Part shown: piece after piece, positions 59,757 to 64,000 of the stretch
How positions within the stretch are numbered: the first letter of the stretch is position 1
Layout of the letters: each line of letters begins with the position of its first letter
Origin: Lepidodermella squamata
Taxonomy: Eukaryota > Animalia > Gastrotricha
Assembly (NCBI GenBank): GCA_047495785.1
Contig: JBLDXI010000007.1
Span: forward strand, 2,232,001-2,296,000
Direction: 5' to 3'
DNA: 64,000 nucleotides
The notes under the pieces: generated by a model
What the model saw: only the letters and a program-made list of their open reading frames with translations
Database searches by the model: none
What the model was told of the DNA's origin: nothing
Program-made: the position numbers and the translations under genes

Positions 59757-61949
59757 ATGCGTTGTAAAATTGTTATCCTCATCGCTGTGGCGGTTTTCGC
59801 GACCGCCGAGGCGATGAAGATCAAGCGCATCAGCCACAGCCACCATAATGCTGAGAACAAACTGGCCGAGGAGCAGGAGTACTACCGCCGCATTGACATG
59901 CTCGCCGAGGAGGAGGGCGAGCAGCAATTCGTCGACAAGCGCCAAGCTGGCCGAGTTTCATGCGGCCGCGCTCCGAAACCATTCAACGCCACCTTGAGTA
60001 ATTTCAATTTTCTCCTTAATTTAAAATCGAATAAAATACTAATCTCCTAAAAATCGATGCTTATTCAGATGAATTTTGCAATTTTCATAATTTCAAAAAA
60101 AATTCAAAATTTAAAATTTGAAGAATTGAAATTTCAAAAACTTGCAAACACTTATACAATTAAAATTTGAAAATTCGAAAAACTGAAAAACAGGATTTTA
60201 AAAATTTATAAAATTAATTTTTTTTCAATTTGGCTAAAATTGTTATTTGTTGTTTTCAGCGAGCGCCGACAAGGGCACCTACAACGCAGGTGATGTTGTC
60301 ACCTACAGGTGCATCAACTCGACGCGTTTGGGCGAAGGATCCTCGCTCAGTGTCACGTGCCTGCCCAGCGGTCAATGGGGCCCTCTCCCAGTCTGCCAGA
60401 TCTACACCTACAGCTGCCGTCGTCTCGCATCGGCTCACGACTACAAAGGTCAAGTCGCGAAAACGCGTTGCGGCCAGGCGTGCCAGGCCTGGGAAGCTCC
60501 TGGACCTCAAATCCCATCGACCATTGTCAAGCAATCGATCAACCAGTCTGAGATCTTCCCCGAGTACAACCGCATTAAGGATGCGTCAAACTATTGCCGC
60601 AACCCTGATCCTAAGGAAGATATTGGGCCCTGGTGCTACATTAACGATGCTAAGGCTTCACCTAGCTGGGGCTACTGCGATGTTACTTATTGCGACGGTA
60701 AATTATTTTTTCAATTTTTTTGTCAATATTTTGAAAAATTAATTGGTTCAGCCTGGGACGTTTTTGATGACTACGACCGTCTCCCGGGTGCTTGCGGTTG
60801 CCAGGGTGAGTGGTACAACGCGATTCGCAACTACGGCAACATCAAATCGTTCGAAAGTGCTACCCTGTTGAGCTGCAAGGCTGAATGCGACAACACGGCC
60901 GAGTGCCAAGGCATGGTCTTCGATGAGAACCAGAAGAAGTGCTGGCTGAAAAAGTGCACCTGCAAGGACAGCGATGTCGTCTGCACGTCGTGGAAACACG
61001 AAACTTACTACCGCAAAAAGCAACGTAATTTTTTAATTAATTTGATTTAATTTATTCATAAAATCAATAATAGTTTGTATTTTTTTAATAATTTGAAAAC
61101 ATGAAAATTTGAATATTCATAAAAATAATTTGAATTTTTTTCAATTTTTATTAATTTTTTAGCTTAGTTAAAAAAGTTGAAAAGTTGAAAGATAAAAAAA
61201 TTAATCAAAATTGAAAAAAATTCAAATTATTTTTATGAATATTCAAAATTTCAAATATTTCAAAAAATTTCAAATAATGAAATTGTTTTAGCGCCTTGCC
61301 CCGGTATTGAGTACTACAACCGCAACAACCAGCGCATTTGCTACTATTCTCTGTACAACTTCAACATCAACAACACGCTCGCCTTCAACCAGGCCACGTC
61401 TCGCAAACTCTGCCAGCACTTGTTCCCCCTCATTTCCGACATTGCCGCTTTCGAAACCCCTGATGAGTGGGACTTCTTGTCTCGCAACTTCGGCCCACTC
61501 ATGATCCCTAGGGCGTGGACTAAAATCTGGCTCGGCCTGTACCGTAACGAAAATTCGTCCGACTACTGGCAGTGGACCATCCCGCCAGTCCCGTACGCTG
61601 TCACCCAGCCCCCAACCATTGTCAACTACACCCGTTGGTCGCCTAATGAGCCGAGCAATGGCTACGAGGAGCAGTGCGTTCAAATCAATCTGCCAGGCCC
61701 GGGTGTTGATAACAACGCCGTCGGCCGCTGGAGCGACGTTTCCTGCCTCGACCGCGCTCCTGTCATCTGCGAAGCTAAAATGCCAAGTAAATTACATTAA
61801 AATTAAAATTAAAATTAATTAATTTAATTTTCGTAGATTTCAAGACTTCAAAGCGTGAATACATCGAAGAGCGTGAAGACTCGGCTGAAACCAAGGATTT
61901 CTACGCCAACAAACGGTCATGCAAAACCGCTGATTGCGAGGCGAATTAA
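59757..61949 (+). CDS. Secreted CCP-kringle-PAN-C-type lectin protein 3
   Basis: Signal MRCKIVILIAVAVFATAEA; pro-region ending DKR; NYCRNPD, WSPNEPS, WSDVSC; the last exon ends ...KRSCKTADCEAN* at 61949. Confidence 0.88.
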
Positions 61950-62420
61950 AGCCCACCAATTCCTGCCTTCTCTAAGATTCGAGTTCGATTTTTTAAGCTA
62001 GCTGATTTTAATGATTTTATTTTTGAGAATTTAAGCGGATAAGACTTTGTGAAGCAAGATTAGGGTGATCAATAAAATGATTTCACAGTACGAGACGTGA
62101 TGAATTGTTCGTGTCATTTTGTAGCTCGCCTTCAGTCCCTTTCGGGCAGACAAGCTACCGGGGTACAAATTTTGTAACAGTGTGTTACTTTCACTTTAAC
62201 ACTGAGCGAGAGGCTTTTTTTGAGAAAAGCAGAAAAAACCACTGATTAATTTGCATATTCACACACTATTACGCAGCACTATAAGTCAGCATGGAAAAAA
62301 ATCATAAAAAATGCGCACGTAGATGATAATTATGCCTTATTCACTCTATTCACTGCACACGCGCCGGCCAAGGCGTTGGCCCGATCACGGCGGAGAACAA
62401 TGGGAACAAGCGCTATTGTT

Positions 62421-62643
62421 CAGCGCTGTACTCGGGCCGCCGACCTTGGACCGGGACTTGGTAACATTGCCGGGTTGTATAGGATGACCCAAGCCCGGCG
62501 GCCCGATTCCAAAGGCCCGAGCCCGGCGGCCCGTGTGCGGCGTTGACAATAGCACGTCGCATACGGGCACGTTTTTAAGCGGCCCGAGCGTATGGGCCAG
62601 CCGGGTCGCGCACGGGCCGAATTCGGACTCGGGCTCCAACACC
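62421..62643. repeat. GC-rich island with repeated GGCCCG/CGGGCC motifs, possibly a decayed hAT-like MITE
   Basis: Multiple GGCCCG/CGGGCC motifs in both orientations within AT-rich flanks. The termini are only loosely inverted and no TSD was found. Confidence 0.3.
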
Positions 62644-63618
62644 AACATTTAAAATGCTCTATAAAAATTGACGCAGAATATGTAATAATTTACTAAGTTT
62701 GTGTCGATCGTAAATCGTAACTGTGTCATGTTAAAGGTTACGCTAAACACTGTCAATAGGGATAATATGAATTGCCCATTTGCAATAGTTCTATTGAACA
62801 CTGAATAACAACATAGAATGCTTAATGCAGGCTGATGATGCGCATTGAGCTCCGTAGCGACCGGGGCAGGTAGGGTAAAATTTTGAATGAAATACAGCCT
62901 GCTCATAATAGGAGGGCAGAACGATTACTATTGTATCAAAAATCATATTTGGGTGATCAAATGGCATAATTCTCGAAGAAATTCTCATTCACTCGGTAAA
63001 ATTGTTACTCTTTTACGCTCTATCCGTTGATATACGACTCTAGTATTTCCAACTCATCCTGTAGTCAACATTTGGCAGTCAACTATTTTCAAAGATTGGG
63101 CAGCACATTCGGACGAAACTTCTACTCATTGTATTTTTGCGCTCAGCTATCAGCTATTGTTTCCTTTGTGATTGGTGGTATTCTAAACCTGCATCGTTAA
63201 GTTTTCAACGAACGAAATCTCCATTTGAATTGCTACTTGAACAGTTGTCTCTTTGACATCAAATCTTCCTTACTCGAGAATTTGAATTCTAACGTGGCAG
63301 TCCGCGAGGTTAGGTTGCTTGATTGCTGCTCACTTTTTGCAGTACGCAGATTATTACCCTCATCAAGTGATTTCTTCCAGCACCCGACGCAAAAAAGCAA
63401 AAAGATGAGTCATCCGTGATTCCGTGATGAGTCATCTCGGCACACATAAATGTACTAGCGTGTCGGATGTACTGTACTTATCTATCTATGCTTACCGGAC
63501 GATGTTCAACTATGTATTTCGTTTGTTGTGCCCAAAGCCCAACCGTGGCCGGTGCTTTATTATTTTGAAACAATGCAACATTTGTTTGCCTTTAAAGGCA
63601 ATTGCTATTTATACGAAC

Positions 63619-63959
63619 ATGAATTCAGCCGAAATAGCGTCAGCTTTCACCTCAATAAGCGAATTCAAAATAATTGAAACGTTAGGAAAAGGTGGCTTTG
63701 GTAGTGCATGGCTATGTCGACGGAAAGATGGCGATTTAGCTAACTATGTGGTTAAAGCTGTTAATCTCAACGAGATTCTAAGGAAATACCGAAATAAAGA
63801 TGGCGAAGTGGCTCTCGCATTGAAACTAATAGATCTGAGCTGCAAAGAGGTAAGGCATATACTTTCCAATTGCATAGGTATCTGATATTTTTCTTCAGCA
63901 CAAATTAATTGAGAGCTTGAAACATGATAACATCGTCGCTATCCGAGGCGCTTTTACAG
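63619..63959 (+). CDS. Ser/Thr protein kinase, NEK-like, 5' part (continues beyond window)
   Basis: FKIIETLGKGGFGSAWLC (Gly-rich loop), YVVK (catalytic Lys), KE|AQLIESLKHDNIV across intron ~63850-63897. Confidence 0.8.
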
Positions 63960-64000
63960 GTATTATTACGCGACACACCCAATCGCTCACAACATTTTTT

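Noticed and set aside
56430-61290. AT-rich TTGAAATT/AATTTCAA low-complexity stretches in the longer lectin-gene introns
   Set aside because: No defined unit, termini or conservation between paralogues; ordinary intron expansion.

Overview
Eukaryotic (animal) DNA from a compact genome: most introns are ~45-70 nt and genes are tightly packed. The species cannot be identified from sequence alone. From left to right: (1) a secreted astacin-fold protein (astacin-EGF-CUB-kringle-Cys-rich tail) that has lost all zinc ligands, the catalytic Glu and the Met-turn; one of its introns is 8.46 kb and filled with nested non-autonomous DNA transposons (two TA-flanked Tc1/mariner-like elements, a MULE-like element with a 9-bp TSD, a piggyBac MITE, a fold-back hairpin and a 3 x 1040-bp tandem array); (2) a fringe glycosyltransferase; (3) four tandem genes for secreted, Cys-free, G/F-, Q/P- and GYPQ-rich block-copolymer-like proteins; (4) the main finding, a 25.6-kb array of 12 divergent Cys-loop (pentameric ligand-gated) channel subunit genes: ten intron-rich 'type A' genes lacking the acetylcholine aromatic box and with a truncated loop C, and two intronless 'type B' genes, each head-to-head with a type A partner in a duplicated two-gene cassette. 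This is a candidate lineage-specific sensory receptor system; (5) three tandem secreted pro-proteins with a CCP-kringle-PAN-C-type lectin architecture and possible operon-like spacing; (6) the 5' part of a NEK-like protein kinase. Exon structures were assembled by hand, and all functional assignments beyond family level are inference.
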